From Escherichia phage vB_EcoM_IME392, in the sequence record MH719082.1: a stretch of DNA of 64,000 bases, one strand, 5' to 3'. Position 1 is the stretch's first letter; the number at the start of each line of letters is the position of its first letter. A program made the translations under genes and the position numbers. Below, one piece after another: positions 8,738 to 18,152 of the stretch. Below the pieces are notes generated by a model, which worked only from the letters and a program-made list of their open reading frames with translations, ran no database searches and was not told the origin of the DNA.

Positions 8738-8770
8738 CCTTAACAGCCTTTGGAGCCGTAAAAGAAGTGG
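8738..8770 (-). promoter_or_regulatory. Conserved bipartite intergenic motif, copy 5
   Basis: CCTTAACAGCCTTTggagccgtAAAAGAAGTGG, lying between the terminator hairpin (8784-8811) and the RBS of gene 7973..8713. Confidence 0.45.
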
Positions 8771-8783
8771 TATTGTACATATT

Positions 8784-8811
8784 CAAAAATTAGGGTGGCC
8801 GAAGCCACCCT
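8784..8811 (-). terminator. Rho-independent terminator after the topoisomerase II medium-subunit gene
   Basis: AGGGTGGC-cgaa-GCCACCCT (8-bp GC-rich stem; UUCG loop on the minus transcript), immediately followed on the minus strand by TTTTT. Confidence 0.6.
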
Positions 8812-8817
8812 AGTTAG

Positions 8818-10065
8818 TTACAGTTTACCGATCATCTTCTGAATCATCTCGTCAGAAGTCTGATTCTCTACCTTAGCACGACGTTCTTGCAGATTAGCAA
8901 TGCGGTCGTCGTGATCTTTCTTACGTAGCATGCTGATGCTACGGCTAAGGCAGGAATTCAACACTTCCTGGGTAATACCGAGAGCTTTGATGATCTGAGC
9001 ATCAGACTTATCCTGCATAACCAGCTCGCCCACTTTAGGAAGAATCTGGTAAATCTCGATGTCTCGGTCAATCTTCTTAAGAGACTCAGTCTTATGGACG
9101 GAGAATGCCTGATTGTAGAGAGCCATCGTGACTGCAATCCAGTCGCGAATACCCATCGTCACCAGTTGACCATTGTAGGCTACCTGGATACGATGCGAGC
9201 GGTTCATGTAAGCAATATTCATGCATGCTTCGTGAACCTCGTCCATATCGATGGTCCTGATACGGGGAGCCTTCATTACTCGGATATAGATCTTATCCTT
9301 GGACATGTTCTTGACCAGGATCTTACCTTCTGATAACCACTTATTCAGGAACCCGATGCGAGGAGTAATTACCTCACCAGACCCGATGATGTCGATGGTG
9401 TCGGTATTGACGCGAGTTACCTTAAGGGTAAGGCCTAAGCGACCTACACCAGTTTCCCATAAGGACTTAAGGTCTGACTTACTCGGCACGATATCATACC
9501 CGTACTGAGCCTTAAGCAGATTATAATCGTCATGCTTGTAGGCTTCCAGCAGACTCTCGTAAGTGAATGCTGGGATACGGGACTGAATACCAGTAGCCCA
9601 TGAGAAGGTACCATACATCAGAGCATACGGAATAGGCACTGGAAGGTATGCGTATTCCATCTTCTCTTCACCTTCAACCTGCGGAACATAGTCCGCTAGA
9701 CCGAAGTAGTATTCTGCACGATCTTCGTTCAGGCCAACCTTCGTGTAACGAGGAGCAGCACCAGGAACTTCTTCCAGCAACTTAACGCCGAAAGATCCCT
9801 GACCATCAATAGCACCGATGCGAGCAAGACGGGAAATAGTCCCATCGATAGACTGGTCACCGAATGGGTGTAGCGACTGAGTTTCTGAGATAGCGCTCAG
9901 AGTCCCCACCAGCTTCCCACGAGCAATGCTATTCAGAGCCATGTAGATACGGCGCTGGGCAGGAATCAGGCCATCGATACCGGGAACTACACGATGAAGA
10001 GCACAATACACACTGTAGTCAGTGTAGTTCTTGGTGATGAATTCAGAAATCTTTACCTGTTCCAT
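8818..10065 (-). CDS. DNA topoisomerase II medium subunit (GyrA-like cleavage domain; T4 gp52-like)
   Basis: 415 aa. VVPGIDGLIPAQRRIYMAL resembles the GyrA/ParC DGLKPVQRR-ILY motif. Adjacent to and co-oriented with the ATPase/Toprim subunit. AAGGAG RBS. Confidence 0.75.
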   Translation of the reverse strand: MEQVKISEFITKNYTDYSVYCALHRVVPGIDGLIPAQRRIYMALNSIARGKLVGTLSAISETQSLHPFGDQSIDGTISRLARIGAIDGQGSFGVKLLEEVPGAAPRYTKVGLNEDRAEYYFGLADYVPQVEGEEKMEYAYLPVPIPYALMYGTFSWATGIQSRIPAFTYESLLEAYKHDDYNLLKAQYGYDIVPSKSDLKSLWETGVGRLGLTLKVTRVNTDTIDIIGSGEVITPRIGFLNKWLSEGKILVKNMSKDKIYIRVMKAPRIRTIDMDEVHEACMNIAYMNRSHRIQVAYNGQLVTMGIRDWIAVTMALYNQAFSVHKTESLKKIDRDIEIYQILPKVGELVMQDKSDAQIIKALGITQEVLNSCLSRSISMLRKKDHDDRIANLQERRAKVENQTSDEMIQKMIGKL

Positions 10066-10067
10066 AA

Positions 10068-12053
10068 TTACTCCTTAAACAGACCGTAGTCTTCTAACAG
10101 TTGGCGACGAGCACGAGATGAGTACAGCAACTTACGAGCGGCATCGAGATGCTCTTCATTATCATCGTAGGTTACCTGGATAAGACGGCGAGATTTCGAG
10201 TTAATGATGAATTGCTCAGTTTCTTCTTCGGTATATGACCCGAGTCCCTTACGACGTTCAACATAGCACTTATCGAAGTCGATCTTATCCTTCTCGTCAG
10301 CGTAGTAGAACTCGGTCTTCTTACCATTCTTAACTACATAGAACGGAGCTTCGAGTTTATACAGACGACCATCTTTAACCAGCTCTGGAGCATGGATAAG
10401 GAAGATTGAGCTAATGAGGTTACTGATGTGCTGACCATCAACATCAAGGTCGGTCATAATGATGATCTTACCGTAACGAGCCTTATCTATGTCAAACATC
10501 TGGCCCATACCACACCCGATAGTATTGATGATCGCCAGCAGCTCTGGGTTATTCACGAATTCCATGATATCCATGGAAGCCGAGTTACGCATCTTACCGC
10601 GAAGAGGAAGCACCGACTGATACTCATTACGCAACTTGATGATATTACCAGAAGCAGACGGACCCTCTGTGATGAACAGCTCACGAAGATCCCAGCGGTC
10701 GGACGGAGATTCGTAGATCTTCGCCATGTCACCATCCATAGCGGCCTTACGGTGATCATCACCCATCACCAGCTTAGACTTAATGAAGTCCATGTTGGAG
10801 AGTTTATTCAGGCTAGCTTTGTAAGCCAGGATCTTGGCAATCAGAGCATCAAAGAATTGCTTATTCTTCTCGTATACCAGGCTGAAGTAGAATGTGAGCT
10901 GACTCAGGCATTCTTTCTCGTAGAAGAAGTACTCGCCATAATAGTCGTAATCGTTGATTTGCTCATCATTCAGCATCAACTTATTCTTAGCCATGATTTC
11001 CCAGTCGCTCCAGGACATACCGAGGCCAGTTAACTTCTCCTTAGTCTGCGAGGAGAATGCTGTACGATAGCTGGAGAAGACGTTAGTGAACACGATCAAT
11101 CCCAGCTTAGCATCACCAACAGTGATAGCAGAGTTAACTTTATTCAGCATACCGCCGAGCGCTCTCGTGACCAGCTTCTCATGCAGACCACCATGCGGGT
11201 TATTGATCAAGTTGATCATGTCTACATGGGAGTAGGACATATTCTTATCAGAGTAGCCCAACTCACCAGAGAAGGTCAGACGATCGTTGAACGAGAACTC
11301 GTACTTGACTGTAGTATCGAGGAACAGCTTCTCATTCTCTGCAACATCACGACGAAAATCCCAGGTAGCCAGAGCTTCACCATTAACGGTGATAGTTGCA
11401 TCACGACCAATCAGGGAGATCTTCAGAGGAACAGTATCCACATCAGACCAGATGCTGCGGTACAGAGTCGCATCAGGCACCATGAAGACTGCTGTGGAGA
11501 AGTCGGTAGCCTTTAACGTCTCGAGCACTTCGTCTGGGAAGCCATCGTCGTGAAGATCATTCAGATCATTGATCACTCCATCGATTTCCATAACACCACG
11601 GCGGAATCCGAGGACATAGAACTGACCTGGCTCCATAGGGATGTGTGCCTTATCTCCCTGCATTACGCGACGGATTACAACGAATCGCTCGGACACTGCG
11701 TTAACAGCGGAGCTACCTACGCCATGGGTACCAGAGGTAATTTCACGGTTATCGCCCAGCTTAGAGCCAGCATGCAGATCTGTTACAGTAGAGAACAGAA
11801 TAGATTTAGACGGATCTTCCGGATCAGCGTAGATAGGAATACCACGTCCGTTATCGGTAACCAACTTGTAGGCTTCACGGTTAATGATCTGCACTAGGTT
11901 AGCATAACCATTAAGCAGCTCGTCCTCCGCATTATTGATTATTTCCTGGAGAGGATGAGTGTAGTTAATCGGGTCACCGAGATACATGGATACGTTCTGA
12001 CGAACGTTATCAGGGTAACGCAATCTTGTGATTTCAATAGCATGTTCTGACAT
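10068..12053 (-). CDS. DNA topoisomerase II large subunit (GyrB-like ATPase plus Toprim; T4 gp39/gp60-like, single polypeptide)
   Basis: 661 aa. GHKL ATPase motif TDNGRGIP; Toprim motifs ITEGPSASGN (cf. EGDSAGG) and IIIMTDLDVDGQHI (cf. IMTDADVDGSHI). GGAGAAA RBS before ATG 12053. Confidence 0.85.
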   Translation of the reverse strand: MSEHAIEITRLRYPDNVRQNVSMYLGDPINYTHPLQEIINNAEDELLNGYANLVQIINREAYKLVTDNGRGIPIYADPEDPSKSILFSTVTDLHAGSKLGDNREITSGTHGVGSSAVNAVSERFVVIRRVMQGDKAHIPMEPGQFYVLGFRRGVMEIDGVINDLNDLHDDGFPDEVLETLKATDFSTAVFMVPDATLYRSIWSDVDTVPLKISLIGRDATITVNGEALATWDFRRDVAENEKLFLDTTVKYEFSFNDRLTFSGELGYSDKNMSYSHVDMINLINNPHGGLHEKLVTRALGGMLNKVNSAITVGDAKLGLIVFTNVFSSYRTAFSSQTKEKLTGLGMSWSDWEIMAKNKLMLNDEQINDYDYYGEYFFYEKECLSQLTFYFSLVYEKNKQFFDALIAKILAYKASLNKLSNMDFIKSKLVMGDDHRKAAMDGDMAKIYESPSDRWDLRELFITEGPSASGNIIKLRNEYQSVLPLRGKMRNSASMDIMEFVNNPELLAIINTIGCGMGQMFDIDKARYGKIIIMTDLDVDGQHISNLISSIFLIHAPELVKDGRLYKLEAPFYVVKNGKKTEFYYADEKDKIDFDKCYVERRKGLGSYTEEETEQFIINSKSRRLIQVTYDDNEEHLDAARKLLYSSRARRQLLEDYGLFKE

Positions 12054-12087
12054 AATTTCTCCGGTCAGGTTTAAATAAGCTCACACA

Positions 12088-12120
12088 GTTTAACAGCCTT
12101 TGGAGGCCTCAAAGGAGCGG
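12088..12120 (-). promoter_or_regulatory. Conserved bipartite intergenic motif, copy 6
   Basis: GTTTAACAGCCTTTggaggcctcAAAGGAGCGG, about 37 nt upstream of the topoisomerase large-subunit start. Confidence 0.4.
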
Positions 12121-12752
12121 TTCACGAACAGGACTAAATCCTCTACTCTGGACTTATCTACCCACTCTGTTCTTCCTGGTAAGGACCTATTAGACTCGGA
12201 GAAGAAAGATAATCTCACTTTTGATTCTAAATCCACTCCCTCTTCTTTAGGCATCTCGATTAAGATTAGCGGGGTCATACCGATGCCTAATCCATCTAAT
12301 CTTCTTTCTATATTTGAAGTAATCCCATATTTAGCATTTCCAGATTGGTCCAATACGATATAAAAGACCACCTTACCTTCTGGAATGGTAGATATCGCTA
12401 GGTTCTTAATCACAGAGTTAGCGTATTCAGGATTCAACCATCGTTTATGATTTGAAGAGGATATCACTTTAGACATCTTCTTCTGGTAGTTCTCATCTTC
12501 CCACATTTTAATGTTGCGATTAGTCATGGAAACAGACCTAGCCCTGGTGGCGCATTCTGATCTTCCACATGTAGGACGATAGCCCTTAATCACGGATTTA
12601 AAGGAGCAGGGTTTTCCACATGAACATATTTTTACAGGAAAGAATTTTAAGTAATATTCATGCGGAGTTAAGCCATGAGATTTGGCATGGGAGGGAAATG
12701 CCTGGCCTCTTACTTCGGCAGAGCATATTCTACATTTATGATTCATAATCAT
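12090..12752 (-). CDS. Zinc-finger protein with GIY-YIG/T5orf172-like C-terminal segment (possible homing-endonuclease-like gene)
   Basis: 220 aa. N-terminal Cys/His cluster (CRICSAEV...H...H, KICSCGKPCSF, TCGRSEC); C-terminal VVFYIVLDQSGNAKYGITSNIERRL resembles GIY-YIG-type motifs. Locally AT-rich compared with flanking genes. Note the ORF's 3' end overlaps motif copy 6. Confidence 0.35.
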   Translation of the reverse strand: MIMNHKCRICSAEVRGQAFPSHAKSHGLTPHEYYLKFFPVKICSCGKPCSFKSVIKGYRPTCGRSECATRARSVSMTNRNIKMWEDENYQKKMSKVISSSNHKRWLNPEYANSVIKNLAISTIPEGKVVFYIVLDQSGNAKYGITSNIERRLDGLGIGMTPLILIEMPKEEGVDLESKVRLSFFSESNRSLPGRTEWVDKSRVEDLVLFVNRSFEASKGC

Positions 12753-12990
12753 ACCACTTAGTTAATTCAAGGAAGTCATCCATCGCGGAATTAAAGAAGG
12801 AGTCTATCTCCTTAGCCATTTCCTTGGCGAAGCGACCAGATTCGGTCGACATCACTACCTTAGCCTCGCCCATAGGGTGCTTGACCACTTCGTAGATTCC
12901 CAGATTTGGGTAATACACTATGCTGGATAGGAAGTTTACAGACTTAACCACCACAGTATTGAATTGAGTTACTTCCACCATCTTAATCAT
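12736..12990 (-). CDS. Hypothetical small protein
   Basis: 84-aa ORF with ATG, co-oriented and overlapping its neighbours in an operon-like arrangement. Confidence 0.4.
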   Translation of the reverse strand: MIKMVEVTQFNTVVVKSVNFLSSIVYYPNLGIYEVVKHPMGEAKVVMSTESGRFAKEMAKEIDSFFNSAMDDFLELTKWYDYES

Positions 12991-13301
12991 GCTTCACCTA
13001 CCATTTTCAGGAAGGTGTCTACCATAATCGGGTCGAAGCTATCGACATCGGCAGTATGCATCAGGGCGGAGAATAATGAGTTAGCCCAGTGCTCCGTAAC
13101 TCCGTCTTTACCTTCGAGAATTACGCAGTACTGATCTTTGGAAGGATGGTACTGAATCTTAGCAACATTGCGATTCGAGGTCAGGACCAAAATCTTGGTT
13201 CCCGAGATAGTGAAGATTCTAGACATATAATAATCCCAAATTAGAAGATCCGCAGCGGGAACGCCCCGCCACCCAAAAGAACGGGCTTTAGGAGGTCCCA
13301 T
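12987..13301 (-). CDS. Hypothetical small protein (start uncertain; internal ATG at 13226 possible)
   Basis: 104-aa ORF; the upstream ATG lacks a clear SD and an internal Met (MSRIFTISG) is an alternative start. Confidence 0.4.
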   Translation of the reverse strand: MGPPKARSFGWRGVPAADLLIWDYYMSRIFTISGTKILVLTSNRNVAKIQYHPSKDQYCVILEGKDGVTEHWANSLFSALMHTADVDSFDPIMVDTFLKMVGEA

Positions 13302-13343
13302 AAATCGTTTTATTTTTCATTATTTGAAAAATAAAATAATCTA

Positions 13344-13369
13344 CACAAAAATGGGGTCCGAAGACCCCA
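13344..13369 (-). terminator. Rho-independent terminator after the Mre11-Rad50 fusion gene
   Basis: TGGGGTC-cgaa-GACCCCA hairpin directly after the stop at 13374, followed on the minus strand by TTTTTGTG. Confidence 0.55.
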
Positions 13370-13373
13370 TCAA

Positions 13374-16139
13374 CTACTCTTCCATAAACGTAGTTACGTT
13401 ATTGGAAAGGTAGGCACCAATTTTAGTGTTATATCTCTGGAAGGTAGGAACATGGGTAACCAGGATGATGTGGTTAACCGGAATGTCCTGAAGAGCATCA
13501 ATAGCTACGTCCAGAGTATTTACGTCCAGATTTCGCAGAGACTCATCCAGAATCAGACATCCTGCTCCCTTACTGAGGCTAATCAGCTTACCGATGAACA
13601 GTACGTCCACCAGGTTCTGTTGGCCACCAGACAGATCAGCATACGGAATTAACAGATCTCCAACTTTGTATTGAACATCGAAGTCAATCTTGATAGCTCC
13701 GTTAGCCTGTTCACGAACAGTAGAAATTACCATATCTCCACCAGTCATCATAGCAGCTACTTCTTTGAAGATAGAAGCAGTTACATCGCCGCTATTAGTG
13801 AACAGGCTCTGATACTCAACCAGTTTCTGATACTTAGGCTGGAGAATAGCCAACTGCGCATTAGCATCGTCGAGTTTCTTCTGAGCCTCGTCCATACGAG
13901 TCTTCAGACTACGAAGAGTAGCCATAGCGCCGATGGTAGAGTTGATCTCGATTAGCTCCTGCTCCAGCTTAGCCACTTCCTCTTCGAGAACCTGCACGGA
14001 AGGATAGGACTTAGTCTTACTCTTAAGCACTTCCACGTCGCTATTAACGGTATGGATCTTCTGACGAAGAGTAGCCACATCGTTCAGCAGACCGGACTTA
14101 CGTCTTAGTTCGGCTAATTCACTATTCTTAACGTTAAGCTTCTCTCTGAGTTCATCAGACTTAGGAGCCTTACTGATCTCAGCCTCGACAGCATCCAGCT
14201 TAGTAACAGATGCAGATCCTTGGGTTTCGAGATCATCCATCTTAGCTCTGATAGACTTCTCTACTTCTTTAATGTCCTCTTCCTTAAGGGACTGCTTACA
14301 GGTTGGGCACGTAGTAGGGATGTTGCGCATCTCGGTCTCGAGCTTAGTTAACTCCTTCTCTAAGCGAGTTAACTCATTAGTCAGAGATTCACTCTGATTA
14401 TGCAGTGACCGGATGTTACCTTCTACTTCAGATACCTCGGCATCCAGAGTAGTGATTTCGTCCCGGACCTTAGCGAGAGCGGAGTTAACCTCCTCTTCGT
14501 TAAAGTCAATCTTGAACGCAGCCAGAGAATCTTCCAGCATCTGGAGACTCTGTAGCTTACTGTCCAGATTACCCAGCTCACGGATCTTCTGACGAATATC
14601 ATCAATCTGTGGCAGGATTCGAGACTTATCTTCTTCCAGATTACTCACGTCCTTAAGTTTGGAGAAGTCGTGATCCTCCATGGTCTTAAGGACTTCTTCC
14701 TGAGCAGTTACCTGGGTCTGATAGTTACTGATCTCTACCTTACAGTTCTTAGCCGAGGCCTTTGCGACAGCTTCGTACTGGTTAATTACGGTAAGACCGA
14801 GCATCTTCGTGATCAGGTTAATACGTTCGTTGAATCCGAACTGGCTCAAGAACGGAGGACTATTCTGGGAACGATACAGAAGATCGAAGTGTTCGAGGAA
14901 TGGCAACATCTCCCAGAGCTTAGCTTCACGCTCTCGGATACTACCACCATCCATCTCATCACCATCAATCCAGACTCGGAAAGTCTGACCACCAGCCCAA
15001 TGGCGACTGATCAGGAATTCACGACCACCATACTCTAGCATCACTTCTACCAGAAGATGGTCTTGACCGCGTCTCACCACGTTACGAGGACTGTCGCTAC
15101 CAGTTAAGCAGTAGTTAAGAGCTCTCAGCAACGAGGATTTACCGTTACCAGTTTCGCCGTAGAGATAAGTAAGACCTCGCTTAAAGTTAAGCTCCAGCTT
15201 ATCAATACTGCGGAAGTTCTCTACCTTAATACTATTCAAGGTAAAGTTAAGGTCGAAGACCGACTCGGAACGATCAACGTGGGTAGACATCTCATCATGG
15301 ATATCTTTAAGACCCTTTGCCCGAACGACTTTGTCGATTACTTCTTCAACATCGATAGATTTAACTGAGATGCGTGAAGCATCCATCATCTGAGCTCTTT
15401 CACGAACTACCAGATGAGGGTAATTATCCATACCGGCAGGTACTTCATCTTCCCAGTACATCTTGAGGTATTTGTAGGAGTCAGACTCTACCGGAACCCG
15501 CTGCCAGGAAAGATCTTTAAGATCCAGCAGCACCAAGCTACCGTCCTGACAGTCACCCATCCCGTGAGGAATAGGTACGTTAACCGAGTGGGTATGACCG
15601 ATGCTGATAGGACGATGGATGTCACCAGCAAATCCCAGCTCATACTTAGTATCGTCGAACTCCTGACCAAACATAGAGGACAGAGTAATGTGGCCAATAA
15701 GGACATCTACTTTATCTTCGATAAAACTGAAGTCCTGGGTAGGACGCCAGTCGCTAAAGGCGACCTTACGGCCACCTAAGTTCAGGATTTTACCATCGAC
15801 ATATTCTGCCTTACCAGCGAGGATCGGCACCAGTGAGTTCTGGTAGTGATCAGCATCTACTGATTTGGAGTTAATGTCGTGGTTACCCAGAATATAATAA
15901 ATCTCGGTAAACTGCTCACCGAGGATCTCCATAAACTGGGATGTAGCGTGTGCAATTTTAGGCTCATGCTGAGCCTTATGCACTAAGTCGCCAGCGATAG
16001 ACAGACAGGTTACTTTATGTTCCCTGCCCATCTCCGCCATACGATGAGCTAAACCGATAAACTGCTTTAAGCGAAACCCTTCCGAGTTATGCTGCTGAAA
16101 TTCATGGATATGAATATCAGCTACGATCAACATTTTCAT
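13374..16139 (-). CDS. Fused Mre11/SbcD-like nuclease and Rad50/SbcC-like ATPase (T4 gp47 plus gp46 equivalents in one polypeptide)
   Basis: 921 aa, one continuous ORF. N-terminal calcineurin-like phosphoesterase motifs (IVADIHIH, AGDLVHK, GNHD, GHTH); then Walker A YGETGNGKSS, long coiled-coil with a CPTC zinc-hook-like CxxC in the middle, ABC signature LSGGQQ, Walker B CLILDE and H-loop VTH at the C-terminus. Confidence 0.8.
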   Translation of the reverse strand: MKMLIVADIHIHEFQQHNSEGFRLKQFIGLAHRMAEMGREHKVTCLSIAGDLVHKAQHEPKIAHATSQFMEILGEQFTEIYYILGNHDINSKSVDADHYQNSLVPILAGKAEYVDGKILNLGGRKVAFSDWRPTQDFSFIEDKVDVLIGHITLSSMFGQEFDDTKYELGFAGDIHRPISIGHTHSVNVPIPHGMGDCQDGSLVLLDLKDLSWQRVPVESDSYKYLKMYWEDEVPAGMDNYPHLVVRERAQMMDASRISVKSIDVEEVIDKVVRAKGLKDIHDEMSTHVDRSESVFDLNFTLNSIKVENFRSIDKLELNFKRGLTYLYGETGNGKSSLLRALNYCLTGSDSPRNVVRRGQDHLLVEVMLEYGGREFLISRHWAGGQTFRVWIDGDEMDGGSIREREAKLWEMLPFLEHFDLLYRSQNSPPFLSQFGFNERINLITKMLGLTVINQYEAVAKASAKNCKVEISNYQTQVTAQEEVLKTMEDHDFSKLKDVSNLEEDKSRILPQIDDIRQKIRELGNLDSKLQSLQMLEDSLAAFKIDFNEEEVNSALAKVRDEITTLDAEVSEVEGNIRSLHNQSESLTNELTRLEKELTKLETEMRNIPTTCPTCKQSLKEEDIKEVEKSIRAKMDDLETQGSASVTKLDAVEAEISKAPKSDELREKLNVKNSELAELRRKSGLLNDVATLRQKIHTVNSDVEVLKSKTKSYPSVQVLEEEVAKLEQELIEINSTIGAMATLRSLKTRMDEAQKKLDDANAQLAILQPKYQKLVEYQSLFTNSGDVTASIFKEVAAMMTGGDMVISTVREQANGAIKIDFDVQYKVGDLLIPYADLSGGQQNLVDVLFIGKLISLSKGAGCLILDESLRNLDVNTLDVAIDALQDIPVNHIILVTHVPTFQRYNTKIGAYLSNNVTTFMEE

Positions 16140-16993
16140 GCCGACTCCAGTATCTTAGCCGTAACGGATCTGTTATATTTACCCAGTACACCATGGAAGT
16201 ACGGAGGGAATCTGAATCCTGGACAGAACTCTTCCAGAGTAGGTAGGATGCGCTGTTGCATCTGTACCTTAGACTCCTGTTCTTTAATGATGCTGTGGAC
16301 TTCTGTATCGGTTAGGATTCTGTCTAGACGCATCAGTTCCATATTAGAACGAATACGGAATTCAACCGATTGGCTTAAGCTACCATCTTTGTAGGCATTA
16401 ATCGCCTCCTTAACAGTGCTTAATCCAGTAGCCACTCCTGGAATGTTGTCGGAGCCGTCCCCGACGATGGCTTTGTAGATGAGATAATCCTTATGATCGT
16501 CCAGATCGTAGGTCTTCATTAACCAAGGAAGATCCACTAAACCATCGTCAGGATTTAAGACACAAGTATTCTCATTAATTGATAAGTACCAGTCACGGTC
16601 ACGAGAATGCAACATAACCGGACGTCCTGAATGAGCATAGTAGTAGCCTAAATCATCGGCTTCCACACCAGACACCTGGATACACTTAATACCCAATGCT
16701 GGGAAGATCTGCTCATGAAGTACATTCATAGCAGCCCACAATGCCTCAAAGCTCTCGTCATACTCACGATTAGCTTTATACTCCGGATTCTTATCTTTAG
16801 GCCTGTATCTCCACTTGCCTCGATCATATAGCATGATTAGCTCGGAGTTATATCCGTCTTCCTTAATCAACTTCGCTACACTACCAATAGTGGAGGAGAC
16901 CGTAGGACCTAAGTCCTGGGACTTACCGGCTGCGAACCAGTTACGAAGAGTCAGCCACTGACAATCGACTGGTATTAACGGGATGTCATTCAT
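16136..16993 (-). CDS. RNase H / 5'-3' flap endonuclease (FEN-family, T4 RNase H-like)
   Basis: 285 aa. Acidic-cluster motif GVEADDLGYYYA (cf. the EADD motif of 5' nucleases). ATGA start/stop overlap with the upstream gene. Confidence 0.55.
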   Translation of the reverse strand: MNDIPLIPVDCQWLTLRNWFAAGKSQDLGPTVSSTIGSVAKLIKEDGYNSELIMLYDRGKWRYRPKDKNPEYKANREYDESFEALWAAMNVLHEQIFPALGIKCIQVSGVEADDLGYYYAHSGRPVMLHSRDRDWYLSINENTCVLNPDDGLVDLPWLMKTYDLDDHKDYLIYKAIVGDGSDNIPGVATGLSTVKEAINAYKDGSLSQSVEFRIRSNMELMRLDRILTDTEVHSIIKEQESKVQMQQRILPTLEEFCPGFRFPPYFHGVLGKYNRSVTAKILESA

Positions 16994-17008
16994 AGTCTAC
17001 CTAGAGCG

Positions 17009-17036
17009 TCAAAAATAAAGGGACCGAAGTCCCTTT
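17009..17036 (-). terminator. Rho-independent terminator after gene 17046..18056
   Basis: AAAGGGAC-cgaa-GTCCCTTT hairpin followed on the minus strand by ATTTTTG. Confidence 0.55.
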
Positions 17037-17045
17037 ATTAGTTAA

Positions 17046-18056
17046 TTAATTTTTACGGAACTTGGCGAAACGGGAAGCTGCACCACCTTCTTCCTGACCT
17101 TCGTCAGACTTATCTTCGCCGGCATCTTCGACTTTATCTTCAGACTTCTCTTCGGACTTAGTTTCAGATTTATCTTCACCAGCTTCGTCAGACTTAGCCT
17201 GATCTTCGGTAGGCTCGGACTTAGCGTCAGACTTAGTATCTTCAACTTTATCGTCTGATTTAGCTTCTTCAGCCTTAGCCTCTTCCTCAGCTTTGAGCTC
17301 TTCGAAGCCATCTTCACCAACTAACGGCAGACCCTTAGCCTTACGCTGGGAGCGAATTTCGTCCAGATCTTTACGGACACGCTTAACCAGACCTACGTAC
17401 TTATCTTTATCGAAACCTTCACGAATATAAGCCTGAGACAGAGGCTGGTAAGTCTGATCCACAACTACCGGATCAGCTTTGCTGAACAGCGGAGTGAAAG
17501 TTACAGATCCCTGGTTACCACGTACCACGGTAATTTTAACCGGAGATCCTTTGACGTCTTTATCCAGCATACCTTCCAGAACTTCTGGAGAGTCTTCCGC
17601 CAGCGCCGTAATGAAGTCGGTCAGTGCGTTAGCCACTTTACCGTTACCGATCACCGCATACAGAGTATTCGGCTTCCAGTTATCAGACGGAGTGTCGGTT
17701 TTCTGCAGGAAGAAGTAGAACAGGATGTTGTACTTCAGACCGTATTTCCAGTGATTGTACTCATTCAGCTCTTCGAGCATGTCATCCAGCTCGGCATAGT
17801 TGAAGTTCTCAGGAAGATCTTCACAGTCAGACGGAGTCTGAATACCATAACTGAAGTAACCGTGAGTACGGACTTCGCGATACAGGTTACCGACAGGGTC
17901 AGTGATGATACGACCCTGATGGCTACCTTCTGGTAAGAACGTAGCATTTGGGAAGTTACCGGTACCGCCGGACTTCTCTTTACGTTCTTTCATTTTACCT
18001 GCGAGGGCTTTGATACCGGCTACGTCTAACTTCTTAACTTGAGTTTGTTCAGTCAT
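17046..18056 (-). CDS. Putative ssDNA-binding protein (gp32-like), with acidic low-complexity C-terminal region
   Basis: 336 aa. Sits in the replication/recombination block; the C-terminal third is a K/E/D-rich repeat (EEEAKAEEAKSDDKVEDTKSD...). Weak resemblance to T4 gp32 around FLPEG; no zinc site seen, so the call is tentative. Confidence 0.4.
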   Translation of the reverse strand: MTEQTQVKKLDVAGIKALAGKMKERKEKSGGTGNFPNATFLPEGSHQGRIITDPVGNLYREVRTHGYFSYGIQTPSDCEDLPENFNYAELDDMLEELNEYNHWKYGLKYNILFYFFLQKTDTPSDNWKPNTLYAVIGNGKVANALTDFITALAEDSPEVLEGMLDKDVKGSPVKITVVRGNQGSVTFTPLFSKADPVVVDQTYQPLSQAYIREGFDKDKYVGLVKRVRKDLDEIRSQRKAKGLPLVGEDGFEELKAEEEAKAEEAKSDDKVEDTKSDAKSEPTEDQAKSDEAGEDKSETKSEEKSEDKVEDAGEDKSDEGQEEGGAASRFAKFRKN

Positions 18057-18115
18057 CTTTGTGATCTCTATTTAAACAATGTTTCAACAATCATAATCAG
18101 AGTTGCCCTCTGACA

Positions 18116-18148
18116 CCTTAACAGCCTTTCGACCCTCCAAAAGAGCGG
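18116..18148 (-). promoter_or_regulatory. Conserved bipartite intergenic motif, copy 7
   Basis: CCTTAACAGCCTTTcgaccctccAAAAGAGCGG, about 60 nt upstream of ATG 18056. Confidence 0.4.
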
Positions 18149-18152
18149 CGGA

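Noticed and set aside
17042-17320. 92-aa ORF in an alternative frame at the 3' end of gene 17046..18056
   Set aside because: It is a frame-shifted read of the K/E/D-rich repeat region of the larger gene; the repetitive sequence keeps several frames open.
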